A DNA stretch of 64,000 nt. Origin: Nitrosopumilales archaeon. GTDB taxonomy: Archaea; Thermoproteota; Nitrososphaeria; Nitrososphaerales; Nitrososphaeraceae. This document shows positions 19,568-28,527 of this stretch, one piece after another; position 1 is the first letter of the stretch, and the number at the start of each line of letters is the position of its first letter. The notes under the pieces are model-generated. The model was not told the origin of the DNA and ran no database searches. It saw nothing but the letters and a program-made list of their open reading frames with translations. Where the stretch lies: assembly GCA_044507735.1 (NCBI GenBank), contig JBIQJB010000003.1, positions 1-64,000 of the forward strand, in the 5' to 3' direction. A program made the translations under genes and the position numbers.

Positions 19568-20179
19568 ATGGCTGGAGAATACTCTGAGGGCAGAGGCGAG
19601 AATACTCCTCAAGCGAAAAGGACCCGGAGCGTGACATTCAGGCTGGATGCTTCCGTGATAGACGAGCTCCAGACAGAGGCAGATAACAGAGAGATTTCTC
19701 TCAACGTGCTTGTCAACCAGATCTTGAGGAGGTATTCAGAATGGGATAGATTTGAAAACAAGATTGGAATGATGCCAGTCCCCAAAGTGATTTTGTCTAG
19801 CATAATTGACAAGGCCATCTCCGTTGCAAAGAGCAACGGGATCAAAGATGTAGACCATTACAGTGACGAGATCATAAAGCAGGCTGCACAGATTGCGTTT
19901 GGTCTGATGAAGGACTCGGTGCTCTTCATGAAGAGACAGTACAACCTGTGGGTAGTGCTGTCAGTTCTCGAAGAATACATGAAGGTATCAGGCATCAAAG
20001 CAGACCACAAGCTGGAAGGGTCCAGAAAGCACGTATTCATCATACAGCACGAGCTTGGTGAAAACTGGTCACTTTTCACAAAGGAGCTGCTTACCCTCAT
20101 CTTCCAGAATTTGGCCAACGTGAGGGCCGACATTAGCACGACTCCAAATACCACTGTGGCTGAAGTTGTTCTAAGATAA
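19568..20179 (+). CDS. RHH (CopG-like) transcription regulator with a C-terminal effector-type domain
   Basis: TRSVTFRLD..VIDELQTEA....ISLNVLVNQIL; follows TATA-like TTTTAAA at about 19537. Confidence 0.8.
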   Translation: MAGEYSEGRGENTPQAKRTRSVTFRLDASVIDELQTEADNREISLNVLVNQILRRYSEWDRFENKIGMMPVPKVILSSIIDKAISVAKSNGIKDVDHYSDEIIKQAAQIAFGLMKDSVLFMKRQYNLWVVLSVLEEYMKVSGIKADHKLEGSRKHVFIIQHELGENWSLFTKELLTLIFQNLANVRADISTTPNTTVAEVVLR

Positions 20180-20182
20180 CAC

Positions 20183-20197
20183 TGCGTTGCACTGCAA
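20183..20197. promoter_or_regulatory. (TGCAN)3 element
   Basis: TGCGT TGCAC TGCAA 9 bp upstream of TTATCTA, before the SnoaL-like gene. Confidence 0.55.
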
Positions 20198-20281
20198 TCA
20201 TAGCAGTTATCTATGTTCAGCCTGTAGCTAGTGCACCAGGAGTGAGAAACAATAGCTTTGAGGTCTGGGAGCGAAGCACAG

Positions 20282-20647
20282 ATGCCACTTACAGGCGAAG
20301 AGATGGTATATCGGTACTTCAAGTGTATCGATACCAAGGACCTGGATGGCATCTTGGACCTTTTCGACCACGATGCCACAATTCATGAGCCGTTCAGTAA
20401 CATATCTGGAGGACTGAGAGGAAGATCCTCGATACAGCCATTCCTCAAGGTAGCAATGATGGCCAGTACCAGCTTGCAGCGCACGATAAGTCTCGAAAAG
20501 CCAACCAGACCCGGTGCCAACAAAATAACAGCACTGGTAACATTTGAAAAAGGCGACAGGGTCAAAGGCAGGTTCACGTTTGAATTCACAAATGGCGAGG
20601 CCGGATCGAAAAAGATCAGGTCACTGAACATCGAATTTTTTGTTTAA
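20282..20647 (+). CDS. SnoaL-like/NTF2-fold protein
   Basis: YF..ID.KDLDGILDLF..DATIHEPF...GLRGR pattern. Confidence 0.8.
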   Translation: MPLTGEEMVYRYFKCIDTKDLDGILDLFDHDATIHEPFSNISGGLRGRSSIQPFLKVAMMASTSLQRTISLEKPTRPGANKITALVTFEKGDRVKGRFTFEFTNGEAGSKKIRSLNIEFFV

Positions 20648-20757
20648 TGTTGCACAGCCTATAGTAGTGTGCAGGCGGCACTGACTGTGCGTCGAATAGT
20701 GATGGGAAAGCTACTAGACTTGCAGTTGGTATCCATTGAAAAAGGGGCGCTCAAGGG

Positions 20758-20904
20758 TTATGTCCTCAATATCAATTCCTTGAGCTGTGCAATCTGGTAG
20801 AACTCATCGCATTTGATGCATTTCCACCACCTCGAATTGATATCTTTAACGTGCGCGATAAGAATCTCTTCCAGCTGATTGGTACATTTGGGGCAGTGTA
20901 GCAT
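20758..20904 (-). CDS. 48-aa zinc-ribbon microprotein (not in the ORF track)
   Basis: MLHCPKCTNQLEEILIAHVKDINSRWWKCIKCDEFYQIAQLKELILRT; GGAGG upstream. Confidence 0.65.
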   Translation of the reverse strand: MLHCPKCTNQLEEILIAHVKDINSRWWKCIKCDEFYQIAQLKELILRT

Positions 20905-20962
20905 TTGTGGCAGTCATCCCTCCATCCAACAGACTGCGGCATGAAGGTATAAGTGGCCGGTG

Positions 20963-21001
20963 TACAGTGCAGTGAAATCTACTCGGTGCAATGCAGTGCA
21001 T
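20963..21001. promoter_or_regulatory. Two (TGCAN)-type elements between divergent genes
   Basis: TACAG TGCAG TGAAA (20963-20977) and TGCAA TGCAG TGCAT (20987-21001). Confidence 0.6.
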
Positions 21002-21050
21002 GCCACAGTAGTCGCATTGCTTAATATCAAAACTGGAGTTTTCAAGGTCG

Positions 21051-21884
21051 ATGCATAAAGGCCATCAGACAGGCAAAATTGCCAAGGCGGCCATCGCTAT
21101 AGGGATACTATCTGTAGCGGTGCTGCTGTCAGGAGCAACAACCAACGCATTCGCCCTCCACACCTTTGGCGGAACATACATTGTAAACATCATTCCCGGC
21201 GCTGCGCACCGAGATAGCCTCTACCACTACTACCCAGATTCTATCGCAATCCCTGTAGGCACGGAAGTCGCATGGTTCAATGGCGATCCCGAACAGCCAC
21301 ATACTGTAACCAGCGGCAGTCCCGGTGATCAAGACACAGGAATGCTGTTCAATTCCGGTGTAATGTCATATCAGCGATTCTTCCACTACGAATTCGAAGA
21401 AGAAGGGGACTATCAATACTATTGCATAATCCATCCCTGGAGGACTGGAATGGTTCACGTCAATGGTCAACTCGAGCGCGGCGATCACTTTGAGTTCTCG
21501 ACCGGAACAGGTAGCACCTGGAACGTTTCAGCATTTGATAGGAATCTCTTGAAATTTGAACCAACCACCGTGTCACTCGAAGAATCAACTCCTGCAACCT
21601 ACTACTTCACCATGTTCAACAACGATACAAGACAGACTGTCTACAATGGGTTCTTCCCTTCGACAAACAACTTTTTGATAGAGCTGATATCCGGCGACTA
21701 TAACGCCACACAGACTTACGGTCCAGATAGAGCATCCACGATACATTCAACGCCGGGTGCGTATCATGCGCAAGGGAACTTCGAGCCGGGCACCTATACC
21801 ATCACCATAGTCCTGTACTCGGTGAATGGCATGCTCTTGAACCCAACTGCAGTCGACCAGTTCCAGCTTGAAATAACCGGATAG
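21051..21884 (+). CDS. Secreted plastocyanin-like cupredoxin-domain protein
   Basis: Signal peptide; IPVGTEVAWFN, PHTVTSG, FNSG, YYCIIHPWRTG. Confidence 0.88.
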   Translation: MHKGHQTGKIAKAAIAIGILSVAVLLSGATTNAFALHTFGGTYIVNIIPGAAHRDSLYHYYPDSIAIPVGTEVAWFNGDPEQPHTVTSGSPGDQDTGMLFNSGVMSYQRFFHYEFEEEGDYQYYCIIHPWRTGMVHVNGQLERGDHFEFSTGTGSTWNVSAFDRNLLKFEPTTVSLEESTPATYYFTMFNNDTRQTVYNGFFPSTNNFLIELISGDYNATQTYGPDRASTIHSTPGAYHAQGNFEPGTYTITIVLYSVNGMLLNPTAVDQFQLEITG

Positions 21885-22008
21885 CAAGCCTAGCCAAATA
21901 GCGGTCCGCCGGGCCGCATTCCCGTTTTTTTCCAAAGTTATCATCGTTGTGTAGCCTGTGGTATTGCAGACATCCTTTATATATTCAGGAAACCGATTAC
22001 ATATGATT

Positions 22009-22233
22009 ATGGCAAATTACGAAGCTTTGAAAGCCAGTTTGGACAAGAACGGAGAATTGATGATCCGAATCGACACCGGCGAACAGTTGGAACTGCACAA
22101 GCACAATGTAAAGTTTGAAGATTCCACCAAGGAAATCGTGGTTGACGCCGGCACTGAAACATACTGGATAGGCGCTGACCGAGTGTCATATTACTGGATC
22201 CACAAAGAAGGCTTTGAGAAGGGCAAGGACTAG
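22009..22233 (+). CDS. Small conserved-looking hypothetical protein
   Basis: TTTATATA box about 26 nt upstream; GELMIRIDTGEQLELHKHN; T-rich tract after the stop. Confidence 0.7.
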   Translation: MANYEALKASLDKNGELMIRIDTGEQLELHKHNVKFEDSTKEIVVDAGTETYWIGADRVSYYWIHKEGFEKGKD

Positions 22234-22397
22234 TAAAGAAAAAATCCCTTTTGCCCCTCCTTTATTTTGCAGCATTCTTCCTTTCTAGGACGGCTGGGCT
22301 TTCATCTTGAATTCAAAGGACTCAAGTAGATCGATTTTAGAATTTCCTCGCTTTCAAATTCTTCGGGCAAGCCTGCTGACTATCGCGCAACGATGCA

Positions 22398-22853
22398 TCA
22401 TCTTACGATCACAACAGGGCATCCAGCCGTCTCCGAGACCCTTCTTGCCACGCTCCCCAGGGTGACCATTTTGTCGCCCTTCAGCTGCCTGCTGCCGATG
22501 ACTATCATTTCTGCTTTTTCATCCCTTGCGATCGATACAATTTCCTCAGCCGGCGACCCTACACCAAGCAGAAATCTCGCGTTCACTCCGTGATCCTTGG
22601 CCTTTTGAATCCTCTCCTTCATCATGATCTCCGCTCCAGTCTTTAAGATCCTGATAATTTGGGTCTTGGCACTTTCAAGAGTGGTTCTTTCGCTGATTAG
22701 ACCAAGAGTTGTGCTTGGAGGCACGAACCTGCTGTCCACAATGTGCACGATTATTATCTCTGACTTGAAGGCATTTGCGAATTCTATTGCCTTGTCAAGA
22801 GCCTTGTCGGACATTTCAGTCCCGTCATGCGGTACCAATATTGGTTTTGCCAT
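22398..22853 (-). CDS. Universal stress protein (UspA family)
   Basis: ILVPHDG, GSPAEEI, IVIGSR and LGSVA..V....CPV motifs. Confidence 0.93.
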   Translation of the reverse strand: MAKPILVPHDGTEMSDKALDKAIEFANAFKSEIIIVHIVDSRFVPPSTTLGLISERTTLESAKTQIIRILKTGAEIMMKERIQKAKDHGVNARFLLGVGSPAEEIVSIARDEKAEMIVIGSRQLKGDKMVTLGSVARRVSETAGCPVVIVR

Positions 22854-22892
22854 GGCTTTGACATGGAGTACATGATATTTACGGCTAAGGAA

Positions 22893-22912
22893 TGTATTGC
22901 AATGCACTGCGT
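22893..22912. promoter_or_regulatory. (TGCAN)4 element upstream of USP
   Basis: TGTAT TGCAA TGCAC TGCGT; the first 17 nt are identical to 23345-23361. Confidence 0.7.
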
Positions 22913-23344
22913 TATTGGCATTGGTTCCTCCTGTCTATCCAGCGTGAACACTGGTCCCGCGGAAAAGCCGTCAGACTACATAGCTGCAAACATCGTTTAA
23001 CGGAGACCTGGTAGTTACCAGTCCGTGCCCAACTCAAGCCTCATAGTCCCATGGTGCTATGTAATGACTGCGATTGATTTGAGTCGGCAAGTGGCGGATG
23101 CTGTTTCTTGAAGCGAGCATATGATCTTTGATTCCGCGCAAATCGTATTTTTCTGTGCGGCGCCAAATTCTAGCGGGCCCTGCTTCCTCTTGCCGGCCCT
23201 GCCCCCAAAATTTGCCGAGTGTCCTGCCGCACTTTTGAGAATTCTTGGCCCAGAAAATAAGAATCTGTCGTAGTGAATGAGCGCCACCGTCAGTCAGTGT
23301 CCTGCAAGCCGATTCAGCCGACAGCTCATCCAAAAAAACGCGGG

Positions 23345-23364
23345 TGTATTGCAATGCACTGTAT
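23345..23364. promoter_or_regulatory. (TGCAN)4 element upstream of the multicopper oxidase
   Basis: TGTAT TGCAA TGCAC TGTAT, 9 bp before TTAATAT. Confidence 0.7.
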
Positions 23365-23405
23365 ACGCGCTAGTTAATATCGTGTATTGAAAAGTTGCCG
23401 CCGAG

Positions 23406-24731
23406 ATGGAGAGTTCTAACAAGAAACGAGCAGGTGCTTTTGTTTTGTGGGGCATATTGATTGCTGCCGCAGCAACAGGGGCAGTGCTTTCAGTTTCCAG
23501 CTTAAATCTGGGCGGAGGAGTAGGTGTATCAGCCGCTCCAAGCCCTGTGCACAGAGTTTACACGATGGTAGCAGAAGACGCGGAACTTGAGATAGCTCCC
23601 GGAGAGGTGGTAAAGGTATGGACATTTAACGGCACGATGCCCGGGCCGACGCTGCGATTCACAGAGGGCGACAACGTCACAATCCATTTTATCAACAAGA
23701 CCCCGCTGATCCACACCGTGCATTTCCACGGGAACCACGATGAAAAGAATGACGGAGTAGTTCCGCAGATCATGCCGGGGGAGAACTATACGTATAATTT
23801 CATTGCAGACCCGGCTGGAGCGTTCATGTACCACTGCCATGCATATCCGACCTCACTCCACATACGGATGGGAATGTATGGATCGCTCATAGTGGACCCA
23901 AAGGACCCGGGAAGACTTGAACCGGCAAGGGAATTTGGACTCGTGCTGAGCGAATTCGATCCGGAGAACCAGGACAACTTTGTCGCAAAATACTATCCTG
24001 TTAACGGCTACGCCGACCAGTACATGGGCGCAAACGCGCTGCAAGTGAAGCAAAACGAGCTTGTGCGATTCTACGTCCTGAATATCGGCACGACGATCCC
24101 GTATGCATTCCACCTGCACAGCACCATATTCAAGGTCTACCAATCAGGGCTGCCCTCGAACGATGCCATCGATGCGCAGACCATCGAGATAGGACCCGGA
24201 AATACCGCCATAGTGGAAGCCAGGTGGCAATGGCCCGGCAATTACCTATTCCACACCCACGGAATTCAGGAAGAGAGGGGAAACATGGGCGAAGTGACCG
24301 TGGCCCCCAGTGACCCCAATGAACGGCTGACTGAAAGCGTATCAATGATCGACTGGCAGTACGAATTGCAGAAGAAGCTGCAAAAGCCGAAAGTGATCGA
24401 ATACAGCAACCTGTCAGCCCAAGTACCTCAGCAATCGCACAGTCATTCCGGAGACGCTGGAACAACCGTCAAGATTGTAAATGGAGCGTGGGATAAGAAT
24501 CAAAAAGACTACTATCAGCCGGCAGAGATAACGGTCGCAAAGGGATCCTCGATAAGCTGGACAAACGAAGATAGCGTGGTGCACACTGTGACTAGCAAGC
24601 AGCAAGGCCTCTTTGATTCTTCCATAATCTCCGCGGGCCAGGCATGGCAATACGAGTTCACCGAAGAAGGAGAGTACCAGTACTACTGCATAGTGCACCC
24701 GTGGATGGAAGGAACGGTGCGGGTAGACTGA
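23406..24731 (+). CDS. Two-domain multicopper oxidase fused to a C-terminal blue-copper domain
   Basis: HTVHFH, YHCH...H....M, FHLH and FHTH motifs; C-terminal HTVTS...YYCIVHPWM; signal anchor. Confidence 0.9.
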   Translation: MESSNKKRAGAFVLWGILIAAAATGAVLSVSSLNLGGGVGVSAAPSPVHRVYTMVAEDAELEIAPGEVVKVWTFNGTMPGPTLRFTEGDNVTIHFINKTPLIHTVHFHGNHDEKNDGVVPQIMPGENYTYNFIADPAGAFMYHCHAYPTSLHIRMGMYGSLIVDPKDPGRLEPAREFGLVLSEFDPENQDNFVAKYYPVNGYADQYMGANALQVKQNELVRFYVLNIGTTIPYAFHLHSTIFKVYQSGLPSNDAIDAQTIEIGPGNTAIVEARWQWPGNYLFHTHGIQEERGNMGEVTVAPSDPNERLTESVSMIDWQYELQKKLQKPKVIEYSNLSAQVPQQSHSHSGDAGTTVKIVNGAWDKNQKDYYQPAEITVAKGSSISWTNEDSVVHTVTSKQQGLFDSSIISAGQAWQYEFTEEGEYQYYCIVHPWMEGTVRVD

Positions 24732-24795
24732 CCCAGGGGCCGTCGCCCTTTTAATTTATTTTTCACATACCGGTCTCAGTTTCCGGCACCAATAT

Positions 24796-24815
24796 TGTTG
24801 TGCATTGCACAGCAT
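24796..24815. promoter_or_regulatory. (TGCAN)-type element upstream of Hsp20
   Basis: TGTTG TGCAT TGCAC AGCAT about 40-58 nt before the ATG. Confidence 0.6.
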
Positions 24816-24853
24816 ACCTACTTTTCAAATAGAAATTTACCTTCATTTCCAGC

Positions 24854-25336
24854 ATGGGAAAATCCCAAGGGATTGTCAAAAAGGGAGATCGGCAACAGGG
24901 ATACCTCGACGACATCTTTGAGAACTTTAGAAGGGAATTGGAAAGCGCACTAAGACCCTGGCACTCAGGGTTCAGATTTCCGTCGCTGTTTGATGATGAG
25001 GTCAGAATACCGCTCTGCGACATGGAAGACATGGGAGACAGATACGAACTTCAAGCGGAATTGCCGGGGATCGACAAGGACAAGATACGCATCAAGGCCA
25101 CTGGCAACTCGATAGAGATATCAGCAGAGCAATCAGAGAAGAGCGAGGAAAAAAGAAAAGATTATGTTTACAGCGAAAGGTCCCACAGATCCTTCTACCG
25201 CAAGATAGCAGTGCCGGAAGAAATAGTGCCATCAAAGATAGACGCAAAGATGAATAACGGCGTACTCCTCATCAAGCTTCCAAAGAAGAATCCCATCAAG
25301 TCCAAAGAAGAGGTAACAGAAGTCGAGGTCAAATAA
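24854..25336 (+). CDS. Hsp20/alpha-crystallin small heat shock protein
   Basis: AELPGIDK, ERS...FYR, AKMNNGVL.I.LPK and the C-terminal VEVK motif. Confidence 0.93.
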   Translation: MGKSQGIVKKGDRQQGYLDDIFENFRRELESALRPWHSGFRFPSLFDDEVRIPLCDMEDMGDRYELQAELPGIDKDKIRIKATGNSIEISAEQSEKSEEKRKDYVYSERSHRSFYRKIAVPEEIVPSKIDAKMNNGVLLIKLPKKNPIKSKEEVTEVEVK

Positions 25337-25337
25337 A

Positions 25338-25496
25338 ATGGCAAGAATGCGGATGTCCCACAACTACCACGAGTCAAAGGTGATCAACCCTGAGACATTT
25401 TGCACAAAGTGCTGGACCGCCACTCCTCGGGTATGCGAATGGTGCGGAGCGTGCTACACCTGCCACAAAGGTACATCTGCAGAAAAGCACTTCTAA
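25338..25496 (+). CDS. 52-aa Cys-rich microprotein (not in the ORF track)
   Basis: MARMRMSHNYHESKVINPETFCTKCWTATPRVCEWCGACYTCHKGTSAEKHF; 1 nt after the Hsp20 stop; homolog at 32215-32382. Confidence 0.75.
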   Translation: MARMRMSHNYHESKVINPETFCTKCWTATPRVCEWCGACYTCHKGTSAEKHF

Positions 25497-25823
25497 TATT
25501 TCCTCCTCCCACTCCCCAATTTTTTAGGGGCTCGTCCAATCGTCAAGATGCGGGCTTGGCTGTCAACCTTCTTTCTGATTCATGCCGCGCCGATACGATG
25601 GAATATCGTCGGCAATTGAGTCGACATGACATTGCGCTTGTTATTTTGAACCACCAGATGTTGCTGCTCATGAAACACGACTCTTGGGGGAAATCGTAAC
25701 TGAATCATTGCGCAAATTATTACCTTGCTAGTTTTCCCGCTTCACAAGAATGAAGAGATACTTTGTTTCCCATGCCTTTCATTAGGCTAGTCAGATGGAC
25801 TCTTGGTATGTAACCAGACCCAG

Positions 25824-26267
25824 TCAAATGTCCAGTACGGCTTTCAGGCGTCCGTAGCGCTTGTAGTCGGTTGCAAGTATCTTGGCCAGTTTCCTTGTGA
25901 TGTCAGTTATGGACAGTACGCCTACAAGGGAGCCATCTTCCTCCAGCACGACAAGCCTCTTTATCCTTTTCTTTGACATAACGGCGGCAGCGGTTTCAAT
26001 GGAATCGTATGCCTTGATTGTGATTACCGGGGATGACATGATCTCCTGAACTGCAATCTCTTTCGGAGATTTGTTCAAAACTGTAACCCTTTTGAGAATG
26101 TCTCTCTCGGTAACTATGCCAACAGGTTTTCCTTCAACATCGACAACTACTACAGAGCCAACCTTCTTCTTGACCATGAGCTTGGCCGCATCCAGAGCTG
26201 ACGGGGTGCGTTCTATCCTCAGAGAGACGACCTTTCTTGGTGACACGATTTCGCTTACTGCGCTCAT
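25824..26267 (-). CDS. CBS-domain protein
   Basis: AAKLMVKKKVGSVVV, GIVTERDI, IMSSPVI and GVLSITDI motifs. Confidence 0.92.
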   Translation of the reverse strand: MSAVSEIVSPRKVVSLRIERTPSALDAAKLMVKKKVGSVVVVDVEGKPVGIVTERDILKRVTVLNKSPKEIAVQEIMSSPVITIKAYDSIETAAAVMSKKRIKRLVVLEEDGSLVGVLSITDITRKLAKILATDYKRYGRLKAVLDI

Positions 26268-26814
26268 TCTTTTCGCCTTCCCATAAAATAGAACGGCGAC
26301 CATAAAAATGCAGCCAGGTAATACTTGTTGGAAAACGTCACAGTTGCCATGGTCATGTTGTAGGTGTAACCAGTCAATGTGGAGGAACACCACTCAATTA
26401 ATGTTTTCTCGAATTCATTTACTTCCATTGGCTGACCTGCTGACCTCCCGATGGTCTTGTCGCTCCTATCAGGAGCCGCCGACATGGGTCATAGTTGACA
26501 CCAATCACCGAGAACAATCCGCGTGCGGCACTCTTTGTTGATGATAGCATCGCTTAAGGAATTCAAACTGAATATCTGGCAAAAATATCAGGGTCTCATA
26601 TCAGCCATACTGCGTCAATCGATTGTTGAGACTAGACTACCTTGAGGTACTAGCGTGTATCCAAATGATGCGGCTGTGAGGCAAGGTCGAATGATAACAA
26701 TTACCCCCATCTGTAAGGGTGATCAAATAGGAGGACATTGGACTACGCGTAGCACCCTCTCGGCTTCTCTCTACCTGCACTATCTTGTTTTTGCCTGCAA
26801 TATATCAATTGTCT

Positions 26815-27160
26815 ATTTGCATAAAGAGGGCAGGTAGTAGTGTCAGATGCACATCCAGCAAGACGCTACTAAGGGACGGCCGCTAGAATATGCTAGGCCC
26901 TCCCGTTACCGCAACTTCCAGATCAACGCGATATTCTGCGCAAATTCCACCATCGTCCCGGTCCAATTTTTCAGCATCGTACTACTTTCCGCTTCTTGCC
27001 CCAAGGTTCTATTTTCTTGATTTTTCCAACAACACATCGTGAAAGAGCACACCCGTCCCTATGCACTACTCGGTAAGCACTTCCACCAGCAGGATATCAC
27101 AATGCCTCGATCATGCGCTGATTGCAGTGCTAACCTCTACCAATATGTCGGAAAGCATCA
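26815..27160 (-). pseudogene. Possible highly decayed USP-like gene
   Basis: Stop-riddled fragments such as MVEFAQN and VDLEVAVTGGPSIF*RPSLSSV resemble a USP C-terminus. Confidence 0.25.
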
Positions 27161-27265
27161 CCATTGATTGGAAAGGGGAATCGAGAAGTAATACTTTCAG
27201 GCCTGTGGCACACTGTACTGAAAACAATATTGATATTTATCCTGCTGCGCTATAGTTAGCAGTAG

Positions 27266-28105
27266 ATGAATCCTGGATCGGATGGGAGTAACAGTAACAA
27301 TCTACCCGTCGTTTCCTCAGACGGTTACACAAAGGTCTTGCCCGTTGCAAACCAAAAGATCGTGCTTGAAAGGCCGGTGCTGATCGCAGGCTTTCCAGAC
27401 AGCGGAATGATAGGGTCAGTCACAATCAATCACATAATAGAACAGCTAAACATGCATCAGATAGCCTATATCGAATCCCAGCATGTAATGCCGGCTGCCA
27501 TCTTCATTGGAAAGAGATTCAGACATGCGTTCAGGATTTATGCCAACGATTCAGGGACGGTGTGCGCACTGATATGCGAAGTGCCCGTCACGGCAAGGGG
27601 AACCTATTCTATAATCAACACCATCGTTGACTGGTGCATGAACGCAACGGTCAGTGAAATAGTGGTGCTTGGAGGAATACTGCCATCCAATTTCAGCCCC
27701 CCGTACCTGCTTGAAAGGAAAGCGATGCTCCTCAGAAACGAACTTGCAGAGGGTCAACCCGGTCAGAATTCCAGATCGGCCGATACCACGGGAATGGCGG
27801 TCCCGGACGACGCCATCATCGTTGGTCTTCCCGGCTCCCTCCTGTCTGTTTGCGCCGCGCGCGGTCTGAGCTGCAGCGCCCTGATGATCCCGACAATGGC
27901 AGAAGCACCAGACCCAGAAGGAGCCGCCATCGTGCTAGAAGCGCTGCCCAAGATCGTGCCCGGGTTAAACGTTGACACATCTTCTCTGAGGCTAAAAGCC
28001 GAGATGATAAAGAAGCATCTGGAAGAATTTCTGAAGATGCACCGACAGCAACTGGAGGATTATGAGCGCTCGGCAAGCCGTGAGGCTGAAAGGATATACA
28101 AATAG
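27266..28105 (+). CDS. PAC2-family proteasome assembly chaperone-like protein
   Basis: PVLIAGFPDSGMIG, FRIYA, IVVLGG and PDPEGAA motifs. Confidence 0.88.
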   Translation: MNPGSDGSNSNNLPVVSSDGYTKVLPVANQKIVLERPVLIAGFPDSGMIGSVTINHIIEQLNMHQIAYIESQHVMPAAIFIGKRFRHAFRIYANDSGTVCALICEVPVTARGTYSIINTIVDWCMNATVSEIVVLGGILPSNFSPPYLLERKAMLLRNELAEGQPGQNSRSADTTGMAVPDDAIIVGLPGSLLSVCAARGLSCSALMIPTMAEAPDPEGAAIVLEALPKIVPGLNVDTSSLRLKAEMIKKHLEEFLKMHRQQLEDYERSASREAERIYK

Positions 28106-28115
28106 AGCAAGAGAA

Positions 28116-28460
28116 CTAGAGGGCCGAATCCCCTTCTTCCTTTGTTCCGATATCATATGCGTCTTTTACTTCATAGACAAAGATCTTGCCAATAGAAGAG
28201 GAGCCGCTCCCAAGGAAATTCAACACGTCGGTAATGATGGACTTTGCCATATCATCGGACACTACCACTTCTATTTTTGTACGGTAGCCAAACTCTGGAA
28301 CGTACGTCATGACGCCTCTGCCGACCGGCACAGGCTCGTGCTTTGCCCGGCCTCTGCCTTTGATGTCGTAAAATGACATCCCGCCCACCCCGTGCTCGTG
28401 TAGTATCATGTTGAGATCCACCAAGTTCTCGTGTGGAATTATGATATCGAGCCTCTTCAT
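28116..28460 (-). CDS. P-II family signal transduction protein (GlnB/GlnK-like)
   Basis: MKRLDIII, KGRGR T-loop, KIEVVV, GKIFV, IGTKEEGDSAL. Confidence 0.9.
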   Translation of the reverse strand: MKRLDIIIPHENLVDLNMILHEHGVGGMSFYDIKGRGRAKHEPVPVGRGVMTYVPEFGYRTKIEVVVSDDMAKSIITDVLNFLGSGSSSIGKIFVYEVKDAYDIGTKEEGDSAL

Positions 28461-28508
28461 ATATGACGGATCAATGGCTCGATAATCTAATAAGAGCTTG
28501 GAATTTTG

Positions 28509-28523
28509 TGTAATGCACTGCAT
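28509..28523. promoter_or_regulatory. (TGCAN)3 element upstream of PII
   Basis: TGTAA TGCAC TGCAT about 15 bp upstream of the TATA-like box. Confidence 0.6.
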
Positions 28524-28527
28524 TCGT

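Noticed and set aside
23406-24731. Calling this gene nirK
   Set aside because: It has four HxH motifs and lacks the NirK-type DxH site
26264-26485. 73-aa ORF whose stop overlaps the CBS start
   Set aside because: No recognisable features; could be a remnant but is unsupported
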